Source of the DNA: the human T2T-CHM13v2.0 reference genome, Homo sapiens
Length of the DNA stretch: 64,000 nt
Direction: 5' to 3' (one strand)
Assembly (NCBI RefSeq): GCF_009914755.1
Contig: NC_060944.1
The first letter of the stretch is position 1, and each line of letters starts with the position of its first letter. The position numbers were made by a program, and so were the translations under genes. Positions 26,967 to 41,615 of the stretch are shown in pieces. The notes under the pieces are model-generated. The model saw nothing but the letters and a program-made list of their open reading frames with translations, was not told the DNA's origin and searched no databases.

Positions 26967-27560
26967 TGTATTGGCAGCAATACTGCCATCCAGTCTCTGG
27001 CTATTGAGAAAGGGTGGGATACACCCCGGGATGCTTCTGTTGTCCTAAAATGATTGGAACATCTCTCTTCATGTGTGACCTTCTGCAATAGGGCCTGGCT
27101 CCTCCTCTATCCATAGGTAGAGTCTATTTATTCACCCATGTGAAGGCTCTGTAACATTTTATCTGGTAGAACGTGGTGGGAGTGATACTGGGCCAATTCT
27201 GGGCATAGCCAGCCCCTACCTGACCTGGTAGCTTCTACTCCTTCCTCAGAGAAGCTAAAGAATTGTGATTACCCTGAGAACTCCATGCTGTGAGTAGGCC
27301 AAGCCAGGTGGAGAGATTGATATACCGTGGGGAGAGAGAGAGGCCAAGGAGCACCAAGATACCAGAACTATGAGTGAAGAAGCCATCTCAGAAGTGGATC
27401 TTTTAGCCCCAGTCCCAACTGCTGTTACCTGGAGACAAACTACCCAGTCATGTCTTTCCTGAATTCCTGACCCAAAAAATCTTGAGCCAAATAAACTGGT
27501 TGTTTTAAGCCATTAGTATGTGGTGTAATTTATTATGCAGCAATAGATAACAAGAAGACA
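26967..27560 (+). mobile_element. MLT1 (G/H-like) LTR
   Basis: Ends with gaattcctgacc...tgttttaagccattag...ttatgcagcaatagataac. Confidence 0.75.
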
Positions 27561-28019
27561 AACGAATTTTCCCAGCAGTGCAGAGGGGATGAGTGGTGGA
27601 GAACTGAGTCATGGCATAAAGCACATTAAAATGAACCCCAAGACACTACACCCCAGCAGTCTACAGCATAGTCACATTGTGTTTTAATCAGCATTGCTTC
27701 TTTGGCTATTATTGTTTTTGTGGTGTTTATATTTAACTCGTAAACTTGTCTTAGTTTTATAGTTGTATAGGAACCATAATCATTAGGAGTTGTTATTCTA
27801 TCTTATTTTGTGCATATTATTTATACATATATATATATATATATATATATAATGTTGGGCGACTAATGAAAAATGGTTTTCTTATAAAAGAGTCCCTTTC
27901 TTGTTTAAATTTATTCGAGTTTAAGAAATCAATGCATTTGAAAAGATCTAAAAGAAGTAGGCTTTTCCAAAGTATAAACTTTGGCATGAAACAGAAGCAA
28001 TGCATCCCTTTTGGTGCAG

Positions 28020-28270
28020 TGATATCAGCAGGTAACAGCATACGTAGTGAGAGGAGAATCAAAGGAAGAATTAGGAGTTCCGAGTTCTAATCACAGCTCA
28101 GCCATTTATTGTCTATGTGGGCTCCAGGTAACCACTTAGTTTTATGGTCCTCAATGTCCCCATCTGTGAAATGATTAATGACATTACCTGTGCTTATTAC
28201 ATGGGGTTACTCTGGCAATCAAATATGATAGAAAGAAAGGTTCGAAAACTGTGGACTTTTACTATTGTTC
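28020..28270 (+). mobile_element. MIR
   Basis: gagttctaatcacagctcagccatttatt...cctcaatgtccccatctgtgaaatg. Confidence 0.65.
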
Positions 28271-28559
28271 ATAGAGATTCAGGCTAGAGTCTTAAGTTTT
28301 GTGCTGACAAATCTAAAAGTAACCTGACTAAAAATGTGTAGCAACTGAGTTTAAAAGAAGCTCAAATAAAATTATCTTTAAAAACTCAATCCAATGTAAG
28401 ATTAAATAGGAAATACATTGGATTTACATTTTCTTTGAAGTATAAGGAAACGTGCAGTCTGCTGGGATCCATCACACTGCTTGGTCTGGAAAAAGAGGAG
28501 GGTGAATTCAGAACTCTTGTCCCTCTCTAAATTCTTGTAACCTTCTAATCTCTCTGGAG

Positions 28560-28790
28560 TGTAAACTTGTGGCCAAGATTTTGAGCTCTGGATAAATTCT
28601 AGTTTTAATCTCAGGTCCACCACTCACTCACTTGCCAGTTACATAAGTTTACGTTGTTATTTAACATCTCACAACCACATCTATACAATGTGGGTAATAA
28701 TAATATTACTTATCTGAAAGGTTGATGTGAGCATTAAATGAAATGATGCTAGGGTAAACGTTCAAAAGATGACAGCCATGACCAATAATA
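28560..28790 (+). mobile_element. MIR
   Basis: atctatacaatgtgggtaataataatattacttatc...gttgatgtgagcattaaatgaaatgatg. Confidence 0.65.
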
Positions 28791-29182
28791 TTTTGTTCTC
28801 TAGCATTCGATTACATGGTGACTGATACTGATCTCTGAAACTTGCCTATGTAGTAGCATTTTTGTTCACTGCTGTCCTTTAGTAATTCTACATACCATAA
28901 AAAAATTAGTTATGCATGGTGGTTTTATTTTCATCTTACCAAAATGATAGTTTACAGTTTTAAAAATCAAATGCAAGCCTTATAATTAAAAACAGAAGCA
29001 TTTTGCTCCAGCTTTCTCAAATCCCTCAGAGGCATTATCCACCAATTCTTTAAGTGTTTCTTGTGCTAATTAACTCCACATTTTAAAATAATATGTGTAT
29101 GCTGAAATGTGTGGATTTGCTTCATTTCAGATGTTGTCTATGGGCTTTCTTCTATGGAAGATGAGATTTAACTTTTAAATTC

Positions 29183-29183
<1 letters not shown>

Positions 29184-29214
<31 letters not shown>
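29184..29214 (+). repeat. (AC)15 microsatellite
   Basis: Direct reading. Confidence 0.97.
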
Positions 29215-29217
<3 letters not shown>

Positions 29218-29399
29218 CATGTTTATATTTTTTCTGGCTTTTGAATATAGATGTATCACAAGATGGGGCTAGGTTAATATTCAGTGTTCATATTATTGTG
29301 AGTCCTTAAGTACTATTTACAGCTGAGCCATTTATACCAATAACATCCCTTCCTCTCTCAAACAGCTTTTTGTTTCCCTGTAGTTAATAATGGCCCTGT

Positions 29400-31477
<2,078 letters not shown>

Positions 31478-31484
31478 TAATAAT

Positions 31485-31579
31485 GGCCCTGTAACCCCAA
31501 CACTTTGGGAGGCCAAGGTGTGTGGATTGCTTGAGCCCAGGAGTTCAAGACCAGCCTGGGCAACAGAGCAAGACCTCTG
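31485..31579 (+). mobile_element. FLAM / Alu left-monomer fragment
   Basis: ctgtaaccccaacactttgggaggcc...ttgagcccaggagttcaagaccagcctgggcaacagagcaagacctctgt. Confidence 0.85.
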
Positions 31580-32265
31580 TTGCCTTTTTTTTTTTAACTT
31601 GCTCACTTTCCTATCTCCTTATGTCTAATTTTTCCCCTACATTGTCTAATAGTTTCCTAAATTTTTTCAGTATGGTCAAATGCATCCCCTAAACGATCCA
31701 TTGCTTTATTTGGTTGTCATCCACCCTAGAGATACCATCCTTTGACTTCACGATGTAGTGGTTGCTTTCTGGACCAGCTCACACCTCTTACCCTAGCACT
31801 TCCTTCACTATTATCCCAGGAATTCCCTGTTGGCTGGATAGTGTTGGATTCCTCTTTCCTGGAACCCCTTCATTTCCCTTTCTCAGATTATTTCCGCATT
31901 CCGAAGCAGAATGTCCTTCATGAGAGGCGACTTTTTAGGACTTTTAATCTGCGTTCAAATCAATTAATAGTTTGACGGTTATCAACTATTAGGTTGGGAA
32001 TAAACATCTCTCAGAAATTTGCAAGTGTTTCTCTGTTATCTTTGCCTACAATGGTGCCATTGGGAGGTCAAGATCATTCTAATTCCTGTTTCCTGGTATT
32101 CCTCTTTCTCTCTAGAATTTGCTCTTAGTTCTCTGCATTTTGTAGTGAAACTCGTTTCTCTTATTTGATTTTTTTGTTTAAGTTCATTTTTTTCCATGAA
32201 AGCTATGTTTCTATTGACATGACATTTGAGTATTCATTGCAAAGCTTTAAAATGTGTGTGGCCCA

Positions 32266-32540
<275 letters not shown>

Positions 32541-32639
32541 GTGTGTGGCCCATCCACATGCAAATATCCTTGTTTCTCTGATAAAATTGCTGATTGTATT
32601 CTTGAAGTGTTGATTCAATAAGTGTTTTCAAAACAACAC

Positions 32640-33160
32640 TTTTTTATTTTTTTATTTTATTTTTAATTACAAAAGTAATGCATATATGCATTTTTATGCT
32701 AAACATCCAAACAAATGTAGAAGACAAAAAAAAAAAACACACTTGTTCCAAATCAAGCTTATATCCTCCGCAGAAGAAAACACTATTATCAATTTAATGT
32801 GTAGCTTTCAGACATTTTATTATATGTCAACATGGTTATACATGCACATATGGAAATAGAGAGTTTAATTTTTGTGGTAAGAGTTTTTTAACCAAAATTG
32901 AATTGTATAGTATATACTATTTTGCAAATTCCTTTCTTCCATTTAGTAGTATATCTTAGAGAATTTGACTTATAAGTACACACATATTGAATTTTTCTTA
33001 TTAATGACTGCATAAGATTCCAAAATGTAGATATACTATGGTGGAAATTTCTTTCAAACTTTTCACTACATAAACAACATTGCATGCTTCTTTGTGCACA
33101 AATATAATTGTTTCTTTAGGATAGCTGTCAGAAGTGAAATTGATGGGTCAAATTTGTGTT
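32640..33160 (-). mobile_element. L1ME-type 3' end
   Basis: ttttaattacaaaagtaatgcat...gaagtgaaattgatgggtcaaa. Confidence 0.6.
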
Positions 33161-33829
33161 TTGGTCTTGTAATTATGCCTTATCCCAGAATGATGCCATG
33201 TGGAAGTTAGACACAGGCCCTTGTGTTTTAGAAAGTGTGGCAGAGCCTTCTCAACTTCAGAGTCACCCAGAGGAAGTTATAAAAGTCAGAAGGGACCTAT
33301 GGCTACATATAGTGGGCCATGTCTAATAAGAAGGTAGTTTTGTTCCAGAATTCTTTAGGTAGGGAAATGCTCTAACATCTGTTAGCTCTACCTAAGACAA
33401 ATAGAAGATTCTCCATTAATTCCCCAAGTCAGGAAGTGATAATGAGGTACACCTAGTGCCTGGGTGTTTAAGATCAAAATGATAGCTGAGTAATTAATTG
33501 GCACTTTCCATGTGCCTTTTGTCTTTCTAGCTGGCCAAATAAGCATATCTGACAGTGTGTGGCAAATGATAAACTCCCACACCAACCATGTGGAGGCCCG
33601 TATCTGCTGCAAAAATCAGTTGTTCCGATTTGCTTTTCAGCAACCTCAGTGGATTGTTCCTTTCTATCCACTGCATTTTCACTTGTCTGGAAGGTCTTTC
33701 AAGCAATATGACTATAATTTGCAACCAAATCTGATCTCCCGCCATATTTGCCTTCTCCTTCTTTTTCCTGGAGACTTCTTTCTTCTCCCTTTAAAAGCAA
33801 ATATTTTTACTTGAAAGTATAGTAACCCA

Positions 33830-34860
33830 GGTGAGGTTCACCTTCAAGACTCTCCATCTGAGGTCAAACTGGGCATGTGACATTTCTCAGTTGATTTACC
33901 ATCCACGTTGACTACCCATCTATTAGGCAGATTTTGGAGACAACCTCTTTGTCCTCCTAACTGTGCAATGGAATTAGGCTTCTCCCTTATCGACAATGAC
34001 CCCATACCTAACTTCAGCCTTCCTGGAACTCCCTTTTTATCTGAACACTTCTCCTGGCCCTGATGAAGAATGCAGTCCAGAAGGAAAGCCAGTGAACTTT
34101 AAGGTCAGGTGCTCCTGTCCCTTGGGAGCAAACCTCGGTAAAGACTAGATCCCAAATGTGGGTGCTATATACAACTAGTTCCACCCCTTACTATGTTACC
34201 AGTGTTCCCATGGTGATGCTGAGAATGTTACAAGGACCTTTCACTCAGCTATTGTATCAGTTCAGGCTGCTTGGTCTGGGCATGCCAATAACCATATATA
34301 AATGTTTTGTTTCTCTTTATTCTAATTAATCTGCCCACTTAACTTGGCTGGTATGGCTTCTCATCCCTGGCCCACCTTTTATCATACTCTCACCTTTATG
34401 TTTGCTGCCCCCTGTTGGTTGCTGTGAATCCCAGTGAATGCTGTATGTTAGCCAAGCAATTGCAGGCCATGGCCAGCCTATGCAGCAAGCCAGGTGTTCT
34501 GATACCTTTTCTTGCAGGAATGGGAATGTTTCTGAACCCTCTGGAAAGTGCCCTGCCACTCTCACCTGATTCTCATGCTTACTGGTCCCACCTATGGATA
34601 AAGATTCTCTCTGGGAATTGCAGGGAAGCTGCCATTCCTACCTAGTATGATGTCCCAGTAAGCCACTTGACTGTTGCCCTTAGGTACCTCCCCTTCCCCA
34701 TATTATTCTTAATCTTTGACCTTCCCAGTGCCATTCACACAATCCATAACAGTTCTCTCCTACCCTGGAATATTCTCTATTAGTCTGACTCCACCTTTCA
34801 GGAGTTTCTCATGGTGTATGCTCCACTGGGGGCACCCATTTTGCTTTCTAATGCAGTTAA
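33830..34860. mobile_element. Probable decayed LTR-retroelement internal sequence (ERVL-like)
   Basis: General resemblance to old ERVL internal regions only. No intact peptide recognised. Confidence 0.3.
34403..34421 (-). promoter_or_regulatory. Candidate CTCF core motif
   Basis: The reverse complement reads caaCCAaCAGGGGGCAGCa. Confidence 0.45.
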
Positions 34861-35894
34861 GGATGTCTATATAGGCATGTATATATTTACATATATATAT
34901 ATGGATTTATGTTTATATAGCTGTGTATCTGCACAAATGGCAGACAGACAATCCCTACCTCTCTCTCCATACACACACACATAAACACACACACACACAT
35001 ATGTATATATATGTATATTCTGCATATCATATTATAGGATGATACATATGTATGTTAATATCAAAGGGTTCAAAGAAGGGAGAAGACATGGGAAGTGGCT
35101 CTTAGTCTGCCATTTGCACTGAGTCCTCTGTAGCTTTAAGAAGAAATATCGATTTATTTCATTGGTTGTGCTTGTTTTTGACCCAAATGTTCACTTTAGC
35201 CCATGGTCTGATCTTTTCAAAGACAAGCTTACTCAAGCAAAGAAAGAGGAAAGCTCCCCATTGTCACGTCAATTATAGATAAGTTCATGCCAACATAATA
35301 CCTCCTCCTCATCTTATTTCTGTAGCTCAGGATAAAAAGATAATCTCCAAAGGAGGCCTAAAAAACAGCCACATTAATTAAAGGAAAGAGATTTTTTTTT
35401 TCTAGGAAGTGCCTAATAACTAACGGACAAGCAAAGGAGACTCATTAGTGGAAGTATTTCCTTTGAAAGGGCACACACGCTGTGAAAAAAAAAAAAGAAA
35501 GGGTTATGCCAGGCTTTTCTCTTTGTAAATAAAGTGACACCTTTTATCTTTTTTTCTGTTAATAACACAGGCTGGGGAGAATGAGTCTGAGGGAGGCTTG
35601 TAGATAAGCTGGCAGGATTTGAAGATTATTCAGATCTTTAGTTTCTTATTTCTCTATGTTCTAGGGTAAGACTTTTCTTCATTGTTCATGGCCTTGTATA
35701 AAGAATGGTTAGGATTGGGGATCTTAGGGAGTTAGGCTTAAGAGTGGTGGCTTAGACTCCATTATCCCAGTTAACTGATGAACCATTTGCCATGAACACC
35801 TTTGGTAGGTCATGCTCCATTTAGCAACTGGGCAGGGAATCCGATCACCTCAAACACTACATTCAAACAGAAAGGCAAAAGATGCTATAAAAGC

Positions 35895-36000
35895 TAGATG
35901 GAGAGATAGGTGGATACACAGATAAATAAACCTGATAGAAAGATGATAGATAGAGATATAAATAAGTAGGTAGATAAATGAATAGATAGGTAAAGAGACT
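35895..36000 (+). repeat. Degenerate (GATA/TAGA)n repeat
   Basis: gatagaaagatgatagatagagatataaataagtaggtagataaatgaatagatagg. Confidence 0.8.
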
Positions 36001-37226
36001 ACAGAATAATTAGCTAAATTCTGTAGAAAGACCTAAAAGGGAAAAGATATTCACAAGCGGGGGCATTCAGGGTGAGTTTGAATCTTTAAGGAGATTTCAA
36101 AAAGGCACAGAGTGATGTCTAGGATTTGCATGATAAACTGGAATCTTACTTGGAGCACATTTTACCAACACCCCATAATGAAGGTTACACACAGAAACAG
36201 CCTCAGACTCTCCAGAAGGAACTGTCGAATTTGATGAGCACACATAGAGCTAGACTAAATGGATGGGGTGCTGAGGCTGGGCTTCCATACCTTAAGTACC
36301 TACGAATCATGTGAGTGATTAAAAGATTTCTTAGGTCAGGCCTAATTTCTAATCATCTCTCACTCAAGCCAGCATATGGCCACTGTATGAGTTCAAGAGT
36401 GAGCATTTTTTTGAAACGCAGTTAAGACTTCAGTTTCCTGCACCGAAGAACTAAGTCACTGGCAACTTGTCATGCTAGAGAAAAAGGCAGGGGACAATTC
36501 CATCTCAGGTATCATCACTTCACGTTGCTTACCCTACCTACCTAAATCCAGCTAGCATGTTTGCTCAGCCCCACGTCAGCTAGAGTAGAAATTACTTATC
36601 CACTTCTCCTCTACACAAACCTCTCTTTATGAGTACAGATAAGGAAAACAAGCCTGCCAAATGACAGTTTGTCATTGCAGGAGCCATGGCCAGAATCCAC
36701 ATTTCCCATATCTAATGAGTGTGACTCCAGCCATGTTCTTCATTTACATTTATATCGTTCACAGGAATCCATGTAGCCCTGACTTTTGTGGGCATTGTTA
36801 TATCAACTCCACCCCCACCATTGCCATCTCATCTGGTTTGGGAGTTAACAAAGCTCTGTCATCTTCTGAGTACTGTGTGAGATGGCCCAGAAAGGTATCA
36901 TTGTTCTCACTTGGGAACATTGTTCCCACTAAATGGAGAGATGGAGGTTTATGGAGCTAACAGTCAAAGAGTAGCAGTCACATCCAGGTCTTCAGCAGCA
37001 CCAGGCTTGGCCCCGTATACATGAACTCTGACTGCTCCATCACTAACAAGGCACATCTAATCTGGAACTGTGCCTTATGCTTTGCTAACTGTGACATACA
37101 GCACACTATTGGCAATGGCTTTCGTCCACTCCATCCACCATCACCACTGGCTCTACTTTGCAGGAGTTATCTGATCCATTTTCTCTGTTGTTTCCTTGTG
37201 AGGGAGAGCAGACATGCACAAGCTAT

Positions 37227-38302
37227 TGTCAAAGGACAAATTACAACAAATTTAGTTTAAAGATCTCGCTGGGCTTTATAGCAATTTTAGAATTGGTCAA
37301 CACTTAATTCCATAAAATAGAATAAGTGTTCCAATGAGCCTAGCAGAAGAGGTTGGCTTTCTAGACAGAGAATGTAATTGTACTAGGTTTGTTGCCCGAT
37401 GTGCATGGCAAATCAATATGCCAAGACACTGGATTGTGACAGAGAAGAGATTTAACCATAGGGCCACCAAATGAGGAAGAGGGAGGGAAAATCAAATCTG
37501 TCTCCCCAAGGAGTTTGGGGATAGAGTTTTTAAGGGTTATGGAGTGGGCTGAAGCATGGAGATTGTTGACGGGGTGAAGAGTACAGAGTGAAGTCATGGG
37601 ACAGGGAGATAAAGAAACTATATTCTCACTCTGATTTCATTACTCTGTGGGGGGTTTCAAACTGGTTGGCAACAACTGTTTTGCTGGAATTCAGGATCTG
37701 GAAAACACCTTAAGCAATTCTTAAACAAAAGTCTTGTGATTTTAATGTCAGAGATCTTATCTATAGGAACAATGGGGATGCCAGTGGTCAGGATCAGTGC
37801 TCTGTGACTATCAGGTTCAAGGAAGTGGGTAAAAGTGAAGGCTGATTATTTACTCTTATTTATAACTATATTTCTGTCCAGAATTCTTCTTAACCCTGTG
37901 AGGATGGCTTCAAGAAGGGTTGAAGAAAGCAGAAACAAAGAACAAAGGATGTATTCATTATTTTTCAAAGTTACTTTTTCTTGTCGGGTGGGAACAGGGA
38001 AATAGAACAATAGAAAAATAACTGATTAGTTAACATCAAGTCATGTCAGGCTACTTATTTTGTGTAAGGAATACAGCAGAAGGAACTTTATTACCATGTC
38101 GATTGATAATTAAAACTGACCTGCTTGGAAAATGGCTGTTATTTCTGTCTCCCGATTTCTCAGAAGGCTGGATAATGTCATAGTTTAGGTTTGGTGATGT
38201 AGAACTTTAGCATGGGTGACTCTATTTTGATCTTTAGTCTGGTCTGTTGAAGTCTAGTGCAAAAGTTTAGTCCAAAACAACAACCTCCTATAATTTTTAA
38301 CA
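37227..38302 (-). mobile_element. ERV1-class solo LTR (outer), split by a second LTR
   Basis: TG(tcaaaggacaaattacaacaaatttag)...(tttttaa)CA termini with 4-bp flanks ctat/ctgt. Confidence 0.75.
37373..37912 (-). mobile_element. ERV1/MER4-group solo LTR (inner), 540 bp
   Basis: TG...CA termini with a perfect 4-bp TSD AGAA (37369-37372, 37913-37916). Confidence 0.8.
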
Positions 38303-39555
38303 CTGTAAATCTCTCACTAGCCCTGAATTCTTCAGTAGACTGTATTTTGAGCTCCTGCTGCAGGCAACTGCAGACAGATTGGCCACATAAGAGCAGTAGC
38401 CTTCAGACCAAAGCTCAGAGGAAGTGCCAAAACATGTACAAACCCTGGATGGGTTCTGGCCTTGGCAATCATGAGCCACCATTACTGTTAAGGAATTAGG
38501 AGTGGAATAGTGGAATTTTCCTTGCTCCAGATTTTAAGGACACACTCAACTTCATCCAGGCCCCAGCACATCACAGACCCACCTATGAGTCAGTACTAAT
38601 GGCAGTACTAGTGGCCTCAAAGGACATTTGAAGAAAAATTGTTACTTACCAGACCCCACCAGAGCTGCTGAGATGATCCCATGTAACCCTAACTACAGAG
38701 TTACCTTTAGCTTTTTTCAGTTAAATTGTATTTTATGTGAGTTTTAATTGACACAAAATATAATTTTGAAAGCCTGCAAAAAAATGCATAAATGTAAGGC
38801 AGAAATGGCCAGGACATTCCTCCAAATAACTCTGCCTGGAAAACAAAATCTTGCTGTCATTACTGGATTGTTCTTGTTTTCTCCACATGAACAAGGTTTG
38901 GATAATGAAGTAACAGCTCTTCCTGGAGCCCCATTGCCAAAAACTAGCAATAAAGGAAGACCTTACTACCTAACACATGTGGCTACTTGAAAATTATCTG
39001 AAATAAAAACAAGCCAGAATCAACATAATAGTGTATAACAAAACCCAGATGTCTCTTGAATAAAAGGTTAATCAAATGCTAATGTTAAACGAAAGAGTTT
39101 CAAAGGCAGGAGGAAGAATGTTAGAGATAAATGAAGAAATTAGGTGCAGCCTCTGTATGACTTGGAAGAGCAAGCTCTCTGCACAGGATCGTTTTTTTGT
39201 TTTTTTTAGGAAATTAAGCTTTTCTTTCACACCTAGAATGTGTCAGATGCTTTATAAGAAAGGCACTAAATACTTTTCCAGGAGCTTAATCTTCAAAGTA
39301 CAATCTACTAAGATGTACCTGGAGGAAGAAAAATGTAGCAATTCTTGCAAAGCAATGCTTTGGATATTACCTTTCTGCCATATTTTGGTAGACGTTTATA
39401 TATAAATCCTGGTTTGGTCAGGAATCCAGTAAGAATTTGCAATGTTTGTAAAAGCCCACCTGCTTTGCTCATGAATTGCAGAACAGCTCATGCCTCCCTC
39501 CACAGCACCCTCTGCCCTGGTCTCCATCCCAGTGAAGGGGGTTGTGCTCACAGTC

Positions 39556-39988
39556 TGTATCAGAATCAGTCAGGGTTCTCCAGAAAAACAGAAGCAATAG
39601 GGTGTATACATACAGGTTGTATATGTAAAGAGAGATATTTATTTTAAGGAATTGGCTTATGCAATTGTGAAGGCTGGCAAGTCCAAAATCTGCAGGGCAG
39701 GCCAGCAGGCTGGAAATGCCAACAAGAATTTATGCTGCAGCTCGAGTCCATGGCAGTCTGGAGGCAGAATTCCCTCTTCCTTAAGCGGACCATAGTCTTT
39801 TCTCCTAAAACCATAAGATAAGACCCACCCATATTTTGAGGGCAATCTGCTTTACTCAGCTCTGCTCACTTAAATGTTAATCACATCTAAAAAAAAAAAA
39901 TACCTTCACAGCAACATCTAAACTAGTGTTTGACCAAACATCTGAGCCTCGTGGCCTAGCCCAGTTGACACATAAAATTAGCCACACA
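39556..39988 (-). mobile_element. MLT2 (C/D-like) ERVL LTR
   Basis: agtcagggttctccagaaaaacaga...aaggaattggcttatgcaattgtgaaggctggcaagtcc...agttgacacataaaattagcc. Confidence 0.88.
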
Positions 39989-40159
39989 TCCAGTGGGCAA
40001 GACAGACAAAGTCACAATAGACATCGAAGGCTACTGGCGGGGACTGAGAGAAAGTGGGGAGTCTACAAGGGTGAAGGAGAGGAAAGCACCGTGAAAAATA
40101 CTTGCAAATATTTATTCATGAGGTCGGGAGGCATTTCAGGGATCTTGCACCAGCATGTG

Positions 40160-40165
<6 letters not shown>

Positions 40166-40198
<33 letters not shown>
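40166..40198 (+). repeat. (TG)16 microsatellite
   Basis: Direct reading. Confidence 0.97.
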
Positions 40199-40200
<2 letters not shown>

Positions 40201-40402
40201 AAATGGGGAGGAAATAAGAGAATGATACAAATGAAGCTGAGGAAGTAAACAGGTCAAGGAGGGGAGGGTGGATTCTTTCTTGTCTGCTCAAGCATAGGAG
40301 CAAGTGGGGTCATGCAATTTTATTTTATAACTAGTGGCTAAGCATCCACTTATCTTATGGAAGAAGGTCCTCAATTCTCCAAGAACCCTGGTGCTTCAGA
40401 GT

Positions 40403-40435
40403 CAGCAGTGCCATTAGCAACCACAGGTGGCGCTG
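40403..40435 (+). promoter_or_regulatory. Candidate CTCF site with upstream module
   Basis: cagcagtgcc-N7-accacAGGTGGCGCtg. Confidence 0.55.
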
Positions 40436-41232
40436 TCCTTTCTCAGGAGAGCACCAATCCTACAACTCCTTTGGTTAAGATTATAACCCTGGCCAGCCAG
40501 TATTCCCCCAAGCCACCCTAGTGGGAGGCCTGGGGAGCCTTCCTAAGCCCCTGGGCTTTGTGTCATACCTGGCCATAAGGCTTGCCTGCCTTCATGCTCC
40601 AGATAGCTTTACTCTGGTGGCCTCGTTGCCCTTGCCTAACACCTGACCTTGATGTACCCTCCCCCAGCTCACCCTGAAAGAGCAGCCTGACTGGGAATCT
40701 GGGGATGGGGTGTTTTTCCTTTCTGTCCCAGAACGCCCTGTCTTCCTCATGCAAGGTGATGAGCTCTCACCCAAGGGCTGGCTCTGCAGGCTGGATCACA
40801 CAGCTGTACATGCCCTTCCCCACTTCCCATTCTAAATCCACCTGATCAAGCTGGACTCCTTCACCAGGCCCTTCCAGGAACGGACAACTCTGCTCTGAGG
40901 AGATCCCTTCTCATGGAGGATGACTCAGCATGTCCTTTCATGCAGCTTCCATCTAACCTCTACCTCAGCAGGTGTCTGCTACCCTAGGGCACATGAGGAT
41001 GCTCCCAAAGCCAGCAGAAATCCAGGACAGCATTTCAAGAAGGGGAGAGGCCAGGGATTCTGCAACATGGTCTGTCACAGAGGAGGGTGGCTTCGATGGA
41101 CAGCAATAGCAAGACCAGAGCAGGTGCAATTCCAAGGGTGCAAAGACAGCTCTGGATGCTGGAGAAAGTCAATGACAGTGAGTCCCTACTCACCTGCTCC
41201 ACCACTAATGGCTGCAGCAATGCCACGGCTCA

Positions 41233-41615
41233 TGTTCTGGGCTGAATTGTTTCCCCCCAGATTCATATGTTGAAGTCCTAACCCCCAGTACCTCAGAATT
41301 AGACTGTAATTGGAGATTGGGCCTTTAAAAGGATAACTCAAATGAAGTCACTAGGGTGAGTCTTAATCCAATATAATGGGTAAACACCCATGAGAAGGGC
41401 AAATTTGGACACAGACACACAGAAGAAAGACCACAAGAAGACGTAGGAGAGGAAGGCCATCTGCAACCCACAGACAGCAGTGTGAGAAGAAACCAACCCA
41501 GATGACACCTTGATCTTGAACTTCTAGTCTCCAGAATCGTGAGAAAATAAATTTCTGTTGTTTAAGCCCCCCAGTCTATGGTACTTTGTTACAGCAGCCC
41601 TAGCGAACAAATATA
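41233..41615 (+). mobile_element. MLT1B-like MaLR LTR
   Basis: tgttctgggctgaattgtttcccccc...atatgttgaagtcctaacccccag...ctttgttacagcagccctagc. Confidence 0.88.
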
